A stretch of DNA of 64,000 bases, from the NCBI GenBank assembly GCA_964514585.1, contig CAZETU010000003.1, positions 1 to 64,000 on the forward strand. The letters are read 5' to 3'. Position 1 is the stretch's first letter; each line of letters opens with the position of its first letter. The stretch is from Candidatus Woesearchaeota archaeon (GTDB lineage Archaea; Nanobdellota; Nanobdellia; Pacearchaeales; GW2011-AR1). The translations under genes were made by a program, and so were the position numbers. A model generated the notes under the pieces. That model had not been told where the DNA came from. It saw only the letters and a program-made list of their open reading frames with translations, and searched no databases. Positions 36,604 through 46,419 of this stretch are shown here, one piece after another.

Positions 36604-39600
36604 TTGAGTTTGATGAGAAAGAGAGACATAGTTGCACGTTTTATGCTTTTAGCTTTTGTAGGGTTTGTTGCCTTGGGTTTGTTTTATTTTTCTGGTGTTT
36701 TGGATTTGAAGGGTATTACGGGATTTGCTGGTTTAACCTTGGGAACCATGGATGATCCCCTTGGGATTGAATTTGATTCTTCAACTTCTAGTGGGAGTTA
36801 CAATGGGGATTCTATTTATGTTGATTTAAATACAAATGGTTCTACTCATTATTCGTTTGTTAATTTTGATAGTGATTTAGTTTTTTGGATGAGAATGGAT
36901 GATATTGATGGGGTTAGTGATGTTCTTGATTCTTCTGGTAATGATAATACGGGGACTTTGGTTGGGGATGTTGAAATTAATTCTACGAATGGTTATTTTG
37001 GTGATGGGCTTTTAGTTGGAGGGTCTAATGATCATATTAATGTTCCGAGTAGTGCTAGTTTGAATTCTCCGGGGGTGGTTGACAGGCTTACTATTTGTGC
37101 TTGGTTTAATGCGGCTGATCATCAAACTGGGTTTAAGGGTATTGCGGGTAAATATGCTCCGACTGATGAGAGATCTTATTTATTGGCTGGGCATAGTGTG
37201 AGTAATCAGTATGGGCTTTATTTGAGTAGTGATGGGACTGCTCTTCAGGCGACTGTTCTTACTAATTCTGCTTTGAATACAGATCAGTGGTATCATTTGT
37301 GTGGAGTTTACGATGGTAGTTATGCTAGTCTTTATTTGGATGGTGTTAAACAAACTTCTACTGTGGCGTTGAGTGGTCTTCATAGTTCTTCAACTGCACC
37401 TTTTCAGGTTGGTGATTTTTGGACAGACGATAGATCTTTTGATGGAATGATTGATGAGGTTATGATTTTTAAGAGGAATTTGTCTATTGATGAAATTGAA
37501 GCTTTGTATAATTCAAGTGCTGACCAATATTTTCATAATTTTACTGAGCTGTCTAATGGTACATATAGCTTTAGGGGATATGCTGTGAATCAGTCTGGTT
37601 ATAAGACAAATACAGCTTCGAGAAGTGTTACCATTTCTTCAAATGTGACCAACACTTCTTCTGGGAATTTGACTTTGACTTTGAATAGTTTGACTAATTT
37701 TGAGAATGATTTTGATATTCCTCATTTGATTAGTACTAATATTCCTGTTAGTTCTTGTTGGTTTTCTAGAGATGGGGCTGCAAATGTCAGTATGTATGAA
37801 ACGGATAGTACTCATTTTTGGTATGATGATGTTTTAGATGCTGGGACTTATAGTGTTGATTTTTATTGTGATAATGATACTGAGACTGGCACTCTAAACG
37901 GGAATTATGTTTTGAGAAAGAGCAAGGTTGTTAATGATGTTTTCTATACTAATAGTCAGGGTTTGAATATTCATTTTGATTTTTATTTTAATTCGACTAG
38001 TGAAAATGGAAGGATTGTTATAATTCCAGATTCTTGGAGTTCTACTAAGGATTCTTATAGGGCGAGTGTTGGTACGCATTTTTTGAATCTTGGGTTTGTT
38101 GCAGTTCCTTTGAATACTCGAGGCAAGGGTGCTTCTGAGGGCGAGAGGGATGCTTTTGGGTATGAATGTTTGGATATTTATGAAGCGATACAATATATGA
38201 AGATGGATTCTGCGTATGCTGATTATGTTAATGATAGTTTGTTTTATATTTGGGGATTTTCTGGTGCTGGGGGCAAGGCTGGTGTTTGCTCGGCTAAGTA
38301 TCCTGATTTGTTTGCTTCTGCCTTTGCAACGGGAGGTGTTTTGAATATTACGAAATGGTATACCACAAATCCTTCGTATCAGGTTTCAATTGAGGATAGG
38401 GTTGGTGCGACTCCTTCGGGGGATCCTGAAGCTTATGTAACTAGGGAGGCTTCTTATTTGGGTGAGAATACTCAGACTCCTATAAGGGTTACTCAGTATA
38501 CCGGAGACTCTGCTGTTAATTATGCCTTGGCCCGAAATTATAATGAGTCTATGGTTTCTTATGGGAAGGTTATTGATTATATTGAGGTTGCAGGTGGGAG
38601 TCATGCTATTTTGGGATTGGATGAATCTGATGATTGGTTTGAGAGCCATAGCGTTGAGAGGTTTATTCCTGAATCTGGGAGTTTGAAGATTGGTGGATAT
38701 GTTGGGACTAAGAACTTTAGTGTTGCTTTTGATAATGTGAGTAGGCTTGGTTTGGTTAATTATAATATTTCTGGGACTTCGAAGTTTTTTGATATAGTTA
38801 CTTATCAGTTTGATGAGAATGCTAGCTTAAGTGTTTTTGACTTGGTTCCTAGTATTGATTATTCTGTTAGTGTTGATGGGAATGAGACGGTTGTTCCTTC
38901 TGATGCTGATGGGACATTGAGTGTTTCTGTTGATTTGGAAAGCTATGATGTGTTAGTTATCGTTATTTCTCCGATGGGTGAATATTGTGGGGACTTGAGT
39001 TGTAATAATGGCGAGACTTGTTCTAGTTGTTCTGGAGATTGTGGGGTTTGTGCTCCCGTAACTCCACCTTCTACTTCTGGTGGAGGAGGCGGTGGCGGCG
39101 CTGTTGGTGGTGTTCCTAGCTTGTCTTTGAATGTTGAAATGAATTCTATTGAGGCGATTATGTATCCTGGGGAGGAGAAGTCTTTTGAGTTGACTGTTAA
39201 AAATAATGGTTTTAGGTCTATAAACAAATGTAAACTTAAGGCTGCTGAGGGACAGAGTTCTTGGATTTCTTCTACTGATATTAAGAATATTGCGGCTGGT
39301 GAAATTGTTGAGTTTGCGTTTTCTTTACTTCTTCCCGAGAATGGTGAGAGTCCTGAGTTGTCTGTTGAGTGTTTGGAGGGAAGTGCAGTGGTTCCGTTAA
39401 ATATTATTTTTGTTAAGCCAAGTTTGGTTGTCGATTTTTCAGAAATACAATTGCAGAAGGATGATAGTATTTTAATTAAGTATTTTGTTGATTCTGAATC
39501 TGATTTGGATACTGTTTTGATTTTCAATGTTTACTCTGGGGGTAAAATGATTGCTGAAAAAAGTGAAAGTGTTGGCTTGGTTGCTGGTGAGAGATTTGAG

Positions 39601-39837
39601 AGTGAGACTGTGATTGAGCTTGACGATGTTGAGGCAGGGTTGTTGAAGGTTTCTGTGACTAAAGAAGGGGAGAATAGGCCTTTGGTTGAGAGTTCGATTA
39701 TGTATGATTCTAGTTTGATTACAGGGTTTGCTTCGAAGGGTTTGCTTAGTTCTAGTGGTGTTTATATTAGTGTTATTATTCTTATTTTCTTGGGGATTGC
39801 TGTTTTGATTGTGAGGCGAATGGTTAGGAAAAGGTAA
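36604..39837 (+). CDS. Large surface protein: LamG + alpha/beta-hydrolase + Cys-rich + Ig-like domains + TM anchor
   Basis: LamG (TICAWF, WYHLCGVYDG, LYLDG, FDGMIDEV); hydrolase RGKGASEG, WGFSGAGG, GDSAV, GGSH; CGDLSCNNGETCSSCSGDC; poly-Gly linker. Confidence 0.8.
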   Translation: MSLMRKRDIVARFMLLAFVGFVALGLFYFSGVLDLKGITGFAGLTLGTMDDPLGIEFDSSTSSGSYNGDSIYVDLNTNGSTHYSFVNFDSDLVFWMRMDDIDGVSDVLDSSGNDNTGTLVGDVEINSTNGYFGDGLLVGGSNDHINVPSSASLNSPGVVDRLTICAWFNAADHQTGFKGIAGKYAPTDERSYLLAGHSVSNQYGLYLSSDGTALQATVLTNSALNTDQWYHLCGVYDGSYASLYLDGVKQTSTVALSGLHSSSTAPFQVGDFWTDDRSFDGMIDEVMIFKRNLSIDEIEALYNSSADQYFHNFTELSNGTYSFRGYAVNQSGYKTNTASRSVTISSNVTNTSSGNLTLTLNSLTNFENDFDIPHLISTNIPVSSCWFSRDGAANVSMYETDSTHFWYDDVLDAGTYSVDFYCDNDTETGTLNGNYVLRKSKVVNDVFYTNSQGLNIHFDFYFNSTSENGRIVIIPDSWSSTKDSYRASVGTHFLNLGFVAVPLNTRGKGASEGERDAFGYECLDIYEAIQYMKMDSAYADYVNDSLFYIWGFSGAGGKAGVCSAKYPDLFASAFATGGVLNITKWYTTNPSYQVSIEDRVGATPSGDPEAYVTREASYLGENTQTPIRVTQYTGDSAVNYALARNYNESMVSYGKVIDYIEVAGGSHAILGLDESDDWFESHSVERFIPESGSLKIGGYVGTKNFSVAFDNVSRLGLVNYNISGTSKFFDIVTYQFDENASLSVFDLVPSIDYSVSVDGNETVVPSDADGTLSVSVDLESYDVLVIVISPMGEYCGDLSCNNGETCSSCSGDCGVCAPVTPPSTSGGGGGGGAVGGVPSLSLNVEMNSIEAIMYPGEEKSFELTVKNNGFRSINKCKLKAAEGQSSWISSTDIKNIAAGEIVEFAFSLLLPENGESPELSVECLEGSAVVPLNIIFVKPSLVVDFSEIQLQKDDSILIKYFVDSESDLDTVLIFNVYSGGKMIAEKSESVGLVAGERFESETVIELDDVEAGLLKVSVTKEGENRPLVESSIMYDSSLITGFASKGLLSSSGVYISVIILIFLGIAVLIVRRMVRKR

Positions 39838-39868
39838 ATTAGTTAAATTTCGTTTCCTTTGAATTAGT

Positions 39869-40000
39869 ATGAAATCGGAACGTGTTAAGTGTGTAATATA
39901 TTCTCGGGTTACTGGATATTTGAGGCCTGTTGATCAATGGAATGAGGGGAAGAGGGCTGAGTTTAATTCTCGGAAAGTTTTTAAGATTGGGTTAGACTAA
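39869..40000 (+). CDS. Stand-alone NrdD-type glycyl-radical-domain peptide, 43 aa (not in ORF track)
   Basis: MKSERVKCVIYSRVTGYLRPVDQWNEGKRAEFNSRKVFKIGLD. Confidence 0.8.
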   Translation: MKSERVKCVIYSRVTGYLRPVDQWNEGKRAEFNSRKVFKIGLD

Positions 40001-40798
40001 AAGGCTGGCCCCTAGAGTTCCAGGGTGTTCTAGTTTTGTCCATACGATTGGCGTGTTTTTTGGAAGGAAGGAATATTTTTTGACTTTCTTTTTTACTAGG
40101 TTTAGGAAGGGGTCTCCTGCTTCCCTTATTCCTCCACCGATTATTACAATCTCTGGATCGAATGCGTTAACTAGTGAGGCGATTCCTTTTCCTAGGTAAT
40201 CTGTTGTTTCGTCTAGAATTTTTCTTGAACTAGGGTTGTTAATTTTTATTAGGTCTTTGAATAATAATTGTTTTTTGAATTCTCTTTTTATTTTCTTTCT
40301 GGTGTTTTGCCAATGAGTTTCCCAGTGTTTTTCTCCGACGTACATGTGTCCGAATTCTGCGCCAAAACCTGTTCCTCGATATTCTTCGCCGTTGATTACT
40401 ATTCCTCCACCGATTCCTGTTCCTAGAGTTATTAGAATGAAGTTTTTGGCTTTTATTCCTAGTTTGGATTCTGCTAGTGCGAAACATCCAGCGTCATTTT
40501 TTACCTCTACTTTTTTTTTGTATTTTTTCTCGAGGTGTTTTTTTAGATTGAAGTTTTTTAGGGCTAGGTTTGGGGCGTCTTTGACTTGTCCATCTTTTAT
40601 TAGTCCTGCAATTGCGATGCCGATTCCTTTTGCATTCTTGGGATTGAGCTCTTCAATTAATTCTTCGATTTTGCTGATGAATAATTTTTTATCTTTTGGA
40701 GTTGGGATTTGTATTCGTTTTAGAATTTTATTTTCTTTGACGATGGAAGCTCGCATTGTTGTGCCGCCAATATCAAAAGCTATGATTTTTTTTGCCAT
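39992..40798 (-). CDS. ROK-family sugar kinase
   Basis: AFDIGGT, NDAGCFALAE, TLGTGIGGG, AEFGHM; ATG at 40798 (track 40894). Confidence 0.9.
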   Translation of the reverse strand: MAKKIIAFDIGGTTMRASIVKENKILKRIQIPTPKDKKLFISKIEELIEELNPKNAKGIGIAIAGLIKDGQVKDAPNLALKNFNLKKHLEKKYKKKVEVKNDAGCFALAESKLGIKAKNFILITLGTGIGGGIVINGEEYRGTGFGAEFGHMYVGEKHWETHWQNTRKKIKREFKKQLLFKDLIKINNPSSRKILDETTDYLGKGIASLVNAFDPEIVIIGGGIREAGDPFLNLVKKKVKKYSFLPKNTPIVWTKLEHPGTLGASLLV

Positions 40799-40888
40799 GT
40801 TCACCTTTGTTGATTTGAGTGGAGAATTGTTTATATAGGTTTTCATAACATTTATTAATTCGAATTCTTTTCTCGTTGTGGGTGATGT

Positions 40889-41833
40889 ATGCAAAAGATA
40901 ATTGCTAAAAATAAACTTGCTGGATTTATTAATGGCTTGATTGGGAAGTATGACGTGGTGGCGCCTGTGAAAGATGTGAATACGAAGTTTCGGAAGATTG
41001 GTTCTTTTGATGAGGTTTATCTAGAGGGTGCGGCGACGGATGTTCCTGCGAAGAGTCATTTTATGCCTGATGGTGAGGCTTTGGTTGAGTTTAAGGGTGG
41101 GAAGGCTCGGGAACTTTCTGGGGAGATAAAAAAGACGGTTTTGTTTGGGCTTCGGAAATGTGATTTGAATGCTATTGAGGTCATGAGTAAGGTTATGTTT
41201 GATCCGCAGTATATGGCGAAAGTTAAGAATACGATTTTGGTTGGGATGTTTTGTGAGAATCCTGATAAGTATTGTTTTTGTAATTCGATGGAGTTGACTG
41301 ATGGGGGTTATGATTTGTTTTTTTATCCTAAGGATGATTATTATTATATTGATGTTAAGTCGAAGAAGGGCGAGGCTTTAGTGAAGGGTTTGCGGGATGT
41401 TAAGGCTGAGGTTGAGATTCCGAATCCTAAGAATTTTAAGAAATTGAAAACGAAGAATATTGCTAAGAATTATCGGGATGCGGACTGGAAGAAGGATTCG
41501 GAGAAGTGTTTGAGCTGTAGTGCTTGTACGGTGAATTGTCCGACCTGTAATTGTTTTGATTTGAGGGATGTTCTTGATGCTGATTTGAAAAATGGGAAAC
41601 GAATTAGAACTCAGTCTTCTTGTATGTTGAAGTCGTTTTCGAATGTTGCTGGGGGAAAGAGTTATCGTGATAGCCGGTTGTCACGGTTTAAGCATTTTGT
41701 TTTTCATAAGATTGTTTATTATAAGAAGCAACATGGACGGCCGATGTGTGTTGGTTGTGGTCGGTGCTTAAGGGTTTGTCCGACGCGGATTGATTGGGTT
41801 GATACAATAAATAAGATGAGGATTAAGAGATGA
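40889..41833 (+). CDS. hydB: Sulfhydrogenase-type beta subunit (Fe-S)
   Basis: GLRKCDL, CFC, CLSCSACTVNCPTCNCF, CVGCGRCLRVCP. Confidence 0.88.
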   Translation: MQKIIAKNKLAGFINGLIGKYDVVAPVKDVNTKFRKIGSFDEVYLEGAATDVPAKSHFMPDGEALVEFKGGKARELSGEIKKTVLFGLRKCDLNAIEVMSKVMFDPQYMAKVKNTILVGMFCENPDKYCFCNSMELTDGGYDLFFYPKDDYYYIDVKSKKGEALVKGLRDVKAEVEIPNPKNFKKLKTKNIAKNYRDADWKKDSEKCLSCSACTVNCPTCNCFDLRDVLDADLKNGKRIRTQSSCMLKSFSNVAGGKSYRDSRLSRFKHFVFHKIVYYKKQHGRPMCVGCGRCLRVCPTRIDWVDTINKMRIKR

Positions 41834-42642
41834 CGTATTTGCCGAAGGAGTATAAGTTGAAGGCTATACGTAAGTATACCGATGATGTGAAAATGTTTTT
41901 AGTGAAGTGCGGGTTGAATCCGCAGCCTGGGCAGTTTATGGAGGTTTCTGTTCCTGGGGTTGGTGAGGCTCCGCTTGCTTCTTGTTCTTATGATGGGGAG
42001 TATGTTGAGTTGTTGACTAGGAATGCTGGGAATGTGACGTCGGGGTTGTTTAATGCGCTTTCTGGGAATTCTATTTTTATTCGAGGGCCTTATGGAAAGG
42101 GTTTCCCGTTGGAGGAGTTGAAGGGAAAGGATTTGATTTTGGTTGCTGGTGGAACGGGGATTGCTCCGATAACTTCTTTGATTAGTTATGTTGAGAAGAA
42201 TAGGAAGGATTTTGATGATGTGTTTATTTATTTTGGGTTTAGGGATGAGGAGAGTATTTTGCTTAGTAGGAGGATTGGTAGATGGGCTAGAAAGTTTAAG
42301 GTTAGTATTGTTTTGAGTGATGATCCTAAGAATGAACATTATGAGAAGGGGTTTGTTGATGAGTTGATTAGGAATCATAAGCCTTCGATTAAGAATTCTG
42401 TTGCCTTGCTTTGTGGGCCTGAGATTATGATGAGGGTGGCGACGAAGGAATTGAATAAGTTGGGGCTTGAGAATAATAAGGTATACTGGTCGCTTGAGAG
42501 GCGGATGGAGTGTGGGTTTGGTAGTTGTGGTCGGTGTCAGATTCAGGATTTGTATGTTTGTAAAGATGGGCCTGCGTTTAGGTATGATGTTATTAAGTCG
42601 AGGTTGGATAATGAGAATTCGGCTCATGGGAGGAAGAAATGA
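41830..42642 (+). CDS. hydG: Sulfhydrogenase-type gamma subunit (FAD/NAD, 2Fe-2S)
   Basis: PGQF, RGPYGKGF, AGGTGIAP, CGPEIMM, MECGFGSCGRCQ...VCKDGP. Confidence 0.9.
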   Translation: MTYLPKEYKLKAIRKYTDDVKMFLVKCGLNPQPGQFMEVSVPGVGEAPLASCSYDGEYVELLTRNAGNVTSGLFNALSGNSIFIRGPYGKGFPLEELKGKDLILVAGGTGIAPITSLISYVEKNRKDFDDVFIYFGFRDEESILLSRRIGRWARKFKVSIVLSDDPKNEHYEKGFVDELIRNHKPSIKNSVALLCGPEIMMRVATKELNKLGLENNKVYWSLERRMECGFGSCGRCQIQDLYVCKDGPAFRYDVIKSRLDNENSAHGRKK

Positions 42643-43418
42643 AGCCGACTGAGAAGCCGACTGTTGGGTTTTATGGTTTGGCTGGTTGTGCTGGGTGTTT
42701 GTTGACGGTTTTGTATGAGAAGTGTTTTACTCGGTTGACGGAGCTTGTGGATATTAAGGCGTTTCCTTTTATTCAAGAGAAGAATTATGAAGGGAAGTTG
42801 GATTATATTTTTGTCGAAGGAACGGTTTGTTTTGATGAGGATATTATTATGTTGAATAAGCTTCGGAAGCGGGCTGGTAAGTTGGTTGCTCTTGGGAGTT
42901 GTGCTTGTTTTGGGTGTGTGCCGTCGATGAAGAATTTTCATGATCAGGATAAGGTTAAGAGTTTTGTTTATCCTAAGCATAATAATTTAAGGGAGACGCC
43001 GCCGACGCCGCTTGACCGTCATGTTAAGGTTGATTATAGGTTGCCGCAGTGTCCGCCGGATAAGGATGAGATTTTGGAGTTTATCGAGTGTATTGTGACG
43101 GGGCGAGAGTTCGTGCCGTATATCAGTCCTGTCTGTTTGGAATGTCGGAAGAAAGGGAATCCTTGTTTGTTGGAGCAGGGGAAGATTTGTTTGGGGCCTG
43201 TGACGAATGGTGGATGTGGTGCTCTTTGTCCGTCGAATAATGTTACTTGCTATGGTTGTCGGGGCCCTTGTAAGGATGCGAATTATAAGGCGTTTTTAAA
43301 TATGTTAAAAGAAAAAGGTTTTACTGCTAAGGATATGAGAGATAAGATGGAGATTTTTGCTGGGTTGGCGTTTAAGGATGAAGATAAGGAGGATATTTCG
43401 GAATGGCTAGAGAAGTAA
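42639..43418 (+). CDS. hydD: [NiFe] hydrogenase small (delta) subunit
   Basis: GCAGC, EGT, GSCACFG, LPQCPP, VCLEC, CLGPVT.GGC.ALCP....CYGCRG. Confidence 0.92.
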   Translation: MKPTEKPTVGFYGLAGCAGCLLTVLYEKCFTRLTELVDIKAFPFIQEKNYEGKLDYIFVEGTVCFDEDIIMLNKLRKRAGKLVALGSCACFGCVPSMKNFHDQDKVKSFVYPKHNNLRETPPTPLDRHVKVDYRLPQCPPDKDEILEFIECIVTGREFVPYISPVCLECRKKGNPCLLEQGKICLGPVTNGGCGALCPSNNVTCYGCRGPCKDANYKAFLNMLKEKGFTAKDMRDKMEIFAGLAFKDEDKEDISEWLEK

Positions 43419-43960
43419 GGAGAGATATTGCAATAGAGATTGTTAAAAATAAGGATTTGTCCAAGAAGCAAAAGGAAACTATAAATAATGCAAGAAAAAA
43501 GGAATTTGGAAAAAATGAAGTAAAAGATTTTTCTAAAAATTATGAACCAAGAACGTTATGGTTTTTTATAAAAGATAAAAATAAAGTTGTTTCTTTTGCT
43601 GGGATAATACCTATCAAAGTTAAATATAATAGGAAGACCTATAATATTGGAGGAATTTGTAGCACGATTTCTTTAGTAAAGAAAAGGGGATATGGAAAGG
43701 TTATGGTTCATGCGTTAATTGATTATTCAAAAAAGAAAGGTAAGGCAATTGTCGGATTTACGGGGGAAACAAAGTTTTTTGCTAAAGTTGGGCTTGGAAC
43801 TAAAAAGAATTTTATTAGAAGGTTTGTCTGGGTAAAAAAGAATGGAGAAAGAACCTATGATTCTGATGGTGACGGTATTTATTATGAAGGTAAAGATAAA
43901 TTTATATCTAAAGTTTTCAAAACTAAATCTATGGTGGAAATACCCGTGGAGTATTGGTGA
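43403..43960 (+). CDS. GNAT-family acetyltransferase inside the hydrogenase operon
   Basis: IGGICSTI...KKRGYGK...FFAKVGL. Confidence 0.75.
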   Translation: MAREVRRDIAIEIVKNKDLSKKQKETINNARKKEFGKNEVKDFSKNYEPRTLWFFIKDKNKVVSFAGIIPIKVKYNRKTYNIGGICSTISLVKKRGYGKVMVHALIDYSKKKGKAIVGFTGETKFFAKVGLGTKKNFIRRFVWVKKNGERTYDSDGDGIYYEGKDKFISKVFKTKSMVEIPVEYW

Positions 43961-45237
43961 TGGGAAAGGAAATTAATTTGAATCATATTTGTAAAATAGA
44001 AGGGCATGCTCATTTGAATTTGAAGATCGAGGAGAATAAGGTTGTGCGGTGCGAATTGAAGGCGGCTGAGGGAGCGCGGTTTTTTGAGGCATTGGTTTTG
44101 GGGAAGAAGGTTGAGGATATTCAGGAAATTGTTTCTCGGATTTGTGGGATTTGTTCTTGTTCGCATTCGGTTGCTTCTATTCAGGGGTTGGAGGAAGCTT
44201 TGGGGATAAAACCTTCGGAGCAGCAAATTTTTATTCGGGAAATGTTGTTGTTGGGGGAGAGGATTAGGAGTCATGCGACGCATCTTTATTTTTTGAGTTT
44301 GCCTGATTTTTTTGGGGCGAGTTCTGTTTTGACTTTGGGCAAGGAACATAAGCCGAAGATTAATGATGCTTTGGAGATTGTTTCTGCTGGGAATAAAGTT
44401 GTTGAGGAATTTGGCGGGCGGGATATGCATCCGTTTTTGAAAGTTCGTGAGGAGATGCCTGATATTGATTTTAGTGAGACTTTGAAAAGGCTTGAGGATT
44501 CTAAGAAAGCGATTATGAGAACGATTAATTTGTTTGCGGGGTTGAAGTATCCTGATTTGAGGCGTGATACTGATTATTTGTCTTTGAAGGAGAAGGTTGA
44601 TTATGCGAATATTTCGGGGAAGGTTTCTTCGATGAATGAGCTTTTTGTTGACGATGATTATAAGAAGCATTTGACAGAGAATGTTAAAGAATATGCGACT
44701 TCGAAGTTTGTTTTGCAGGACGGTAAGCCGTATATGTTGGGGGCGATGGCTCGGATTAATAATAATCATTCGCAACTTAGTGATGAGGCTAAGGCTGTTT
44801 TGAGGAAGACTTTGGCTAGGATGAAGATTAGTTTGCCTTTGAAGAATCCTTATTATAATTTGATTTGTCAGTCGGTTGAGTTATTGGAGGCGGTGAATCG
44901 GGTTATTCATTTGATTGAGAATGCTCCGGTGGCTGAGGGTCCTAAGGATATTGTGATTAAGGCTGGGCATGGGGTTAGCGCTGCTGAGGCGCCGAGGGGG
45001 ACGCTTTTTCATGAATATGATATTGATAAAGATGGAAAGGTTACTTATTGTAATATTATTACGCCGACGGCGCAGAATTTGAATATGATGGAATGTGATA
45101 TTACGACTTTGGTTAATTGGCTTTTGGAGAAGGGTACGTCTGAGAAAGATATTGTTGAGAAGATTGAAATGTTGATTCGGGCTTATGACCCTTGTTTTAG
45201 TTGCTCGACTCATTTTTTGAAAGTTAATTGGTTGTGA
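43954..45237 (+). CDS. hydA: Group 3b [NiFe] hydrogenase large (alpha) subunit
   Basis: KIEGH, RICGICSCSH, EAPRGTL, RAYDPCFSCSTH plus short cleavable tail. Confidence 0.95.
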   Translation: MVMGKEINLNHICKIEGHAHLNLKIEENKVVRCELKAAEGARFFEALVLGKKVEDIQEIVSRICGICSCSHSVASIQGLEEALGIKPSEQQIFIREMLLLGERIRSHATHLYFLSLPDFFGASSVLTLGKEHKPKINDALEIVSAGNKVVEEFGGRDMHPFLKVREEMPDIDFSETLKRLEDSKKAIMRTINLFAGLKYPDLRRDTDYLSLKEKVDYANISGKVSSMNELFVDDDYKKHLTENVKEYATSKFVLQDGKPYMLGAMARINNNHSQLSDEAKAVLRKTLARMKISLPLKNPYYNLICQSVELLEAVNRVIHLIENAPVAEGPKDIVIKAGHGVSAAEAPRGTLFHEYDIDKDGKVTYCNIITPTAQNLNMMECDITTLVNWLLEKGTSEKDIVEKIEMLIRAYDPCFSCSTHFLKVNWL

Positions 45238-45238
45238 G
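45213..45238 (+). repeat. 26-bp direct repeat, copy 1 (3' end of hydA)
   Basis: TTTTTTGAAAGTTAATTGGTTGTGAG, also at 45810-45835. Confidence 0.9.
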
Positions 45239-45282
45239 GAAGTTGATTTAAGAAAGGTTATTAAATTATTATTTTAGTAGAT

Positions 45283-45651
45283 TTAATATCCCATATAATC
45301 ATTAAATAATTTTACACCGATAGCTCCACCAAATGCTCCGAGTGTCAAATAGGTGCCTGTCTCTAAGATATTATTATCAAATAAATATCTATTAACATCG
45401 TGTGCTAGAAAGGTGGCAGTCATTATTCCGCAAAATCCAGTAATGTTTCTAAGCCCGGCAATAAACCTTGTTGTTTTATAATCATGCCTAGTAATTTTTG
45501 TAGATTCTTGTTTTTGGGGCAGAGCATTAGGATCTTTATCCCCAAAACTATAATCGTTTAGACCTGTCGCAATTATTGGAGGAATAGATGTGCCGTCTAA
45601 GATAGGTTTAGGCTCTGTTTCTGGTTTTACAATTTCTTCAATTGTTTGCAT
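45283..45651 (-). CDS. Hypothetical protein with C-terminal TM hairpin
   Basis: Lies between the 26-bp repeats. Confidence 0.5.
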   Translation of the reverse strand: MQTIEEIVKPETEPKPILDGTSIPPIIATGLNDYSFGDKDPNALPQKQESTKITRHDYKTTRFIAGLRNITGFCGIMTATFLAHDVNRYLFDNNILETGTYLTLGAFGGAIGVKLFNDYMGY

Positions 45652-45809
45652 TTTTTAATAAAGTTAAAGAGATATATAAAATTATTTATTAAAATTATTT
45701 ATTCTTTAAGATTATAATGTAGATACAGACGAGGGGGATTTAATGGGCTTTCATCTGAGGAGAAATTATTTTGGCTTACTGAGCATAATCTTCCATTGTC
45801 TTGATATTG

Positions 45810-45835
45810 TTTTTTGAAAGTTAATTGGTTGTGAG
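45810..45835 (+). repeat. 26-bp direct repeat, copy 2
   Basis: Identical to 45213-45238. Confidence 0.9.
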
Positions 45836-45902
45836 TTTAATGTTAAGATTTCATAATTTAGATAAATTTTAATGGAGGAGTAAGACAGCGCGGATTATTT
45901 TT

Positions 45903-46316
45903 TTAGGAATTAGATTCATTGCTATTAAAAAATTTCTTTAGCACATCTCTTTGATCAGGTACAGTTTCCTCTTTTAGAAAATCTTCCTTTGCGAACCACC
46001 TAAAGTCTGATGCTTCTCTATTGATCTTTATTTCCCCATTAAAGTCTGCTGTAAAATAATTACAATCATAAATCTTTCCTACTTGTTCTGTTGAAACCTC
46101 GATTCTTGAGAGAAATAATTTAAGATTATATACGTCAAGGTTCACTTCTTCTTTTACCTCTCTCCTGCAGGCTTCTTTCAATGTTTCCCCTTGTTCCACT
46201 TTCCCAGCGGGCAAACACCATTTTCCTAGTCCATGTGATGTGTTTGCTCTTTTAATCATTAAAATACGTTCATCTTTATCTTTCAAAATTAAAAGAACGG
46301 TCAATGTCTTGCCCAT
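45903..46316 (-). CDS. NUDIX hydrolase
   Basis: LPAGKVEQGETLKEACRREVKEEVNL. Confidence 0.92.
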   Translation of the reverse strand: MGKTLTVLLILKDKDERILMIKRANTSHGLGKWCLPAGKVEQGETLKEACRREVKEEVNLDVYNLKLFLSRIEVSTEQVGKIYDCNYFTADFNGEIKINREASDFRWFAKEDFLKEETVPDQRDVLKKFFNSNESNS

Positions 46317-46419
46317 TATAAATAATCAAATAGTTTTTGGTTTATTAATCTTTTTATAAGTACTACCTTCGGGTGGAGATGAAAGCAAGTAAAGTGGATA
46401 CTTTGATTGTTTTTGATTG

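Noticed and set aside
46363-46376. CTACC-TTCG-GGTGG tetraloop hairpin as an ncRNA
   Set aside because: Only a 5-bp stem, with no box C/D or larger structure recognised
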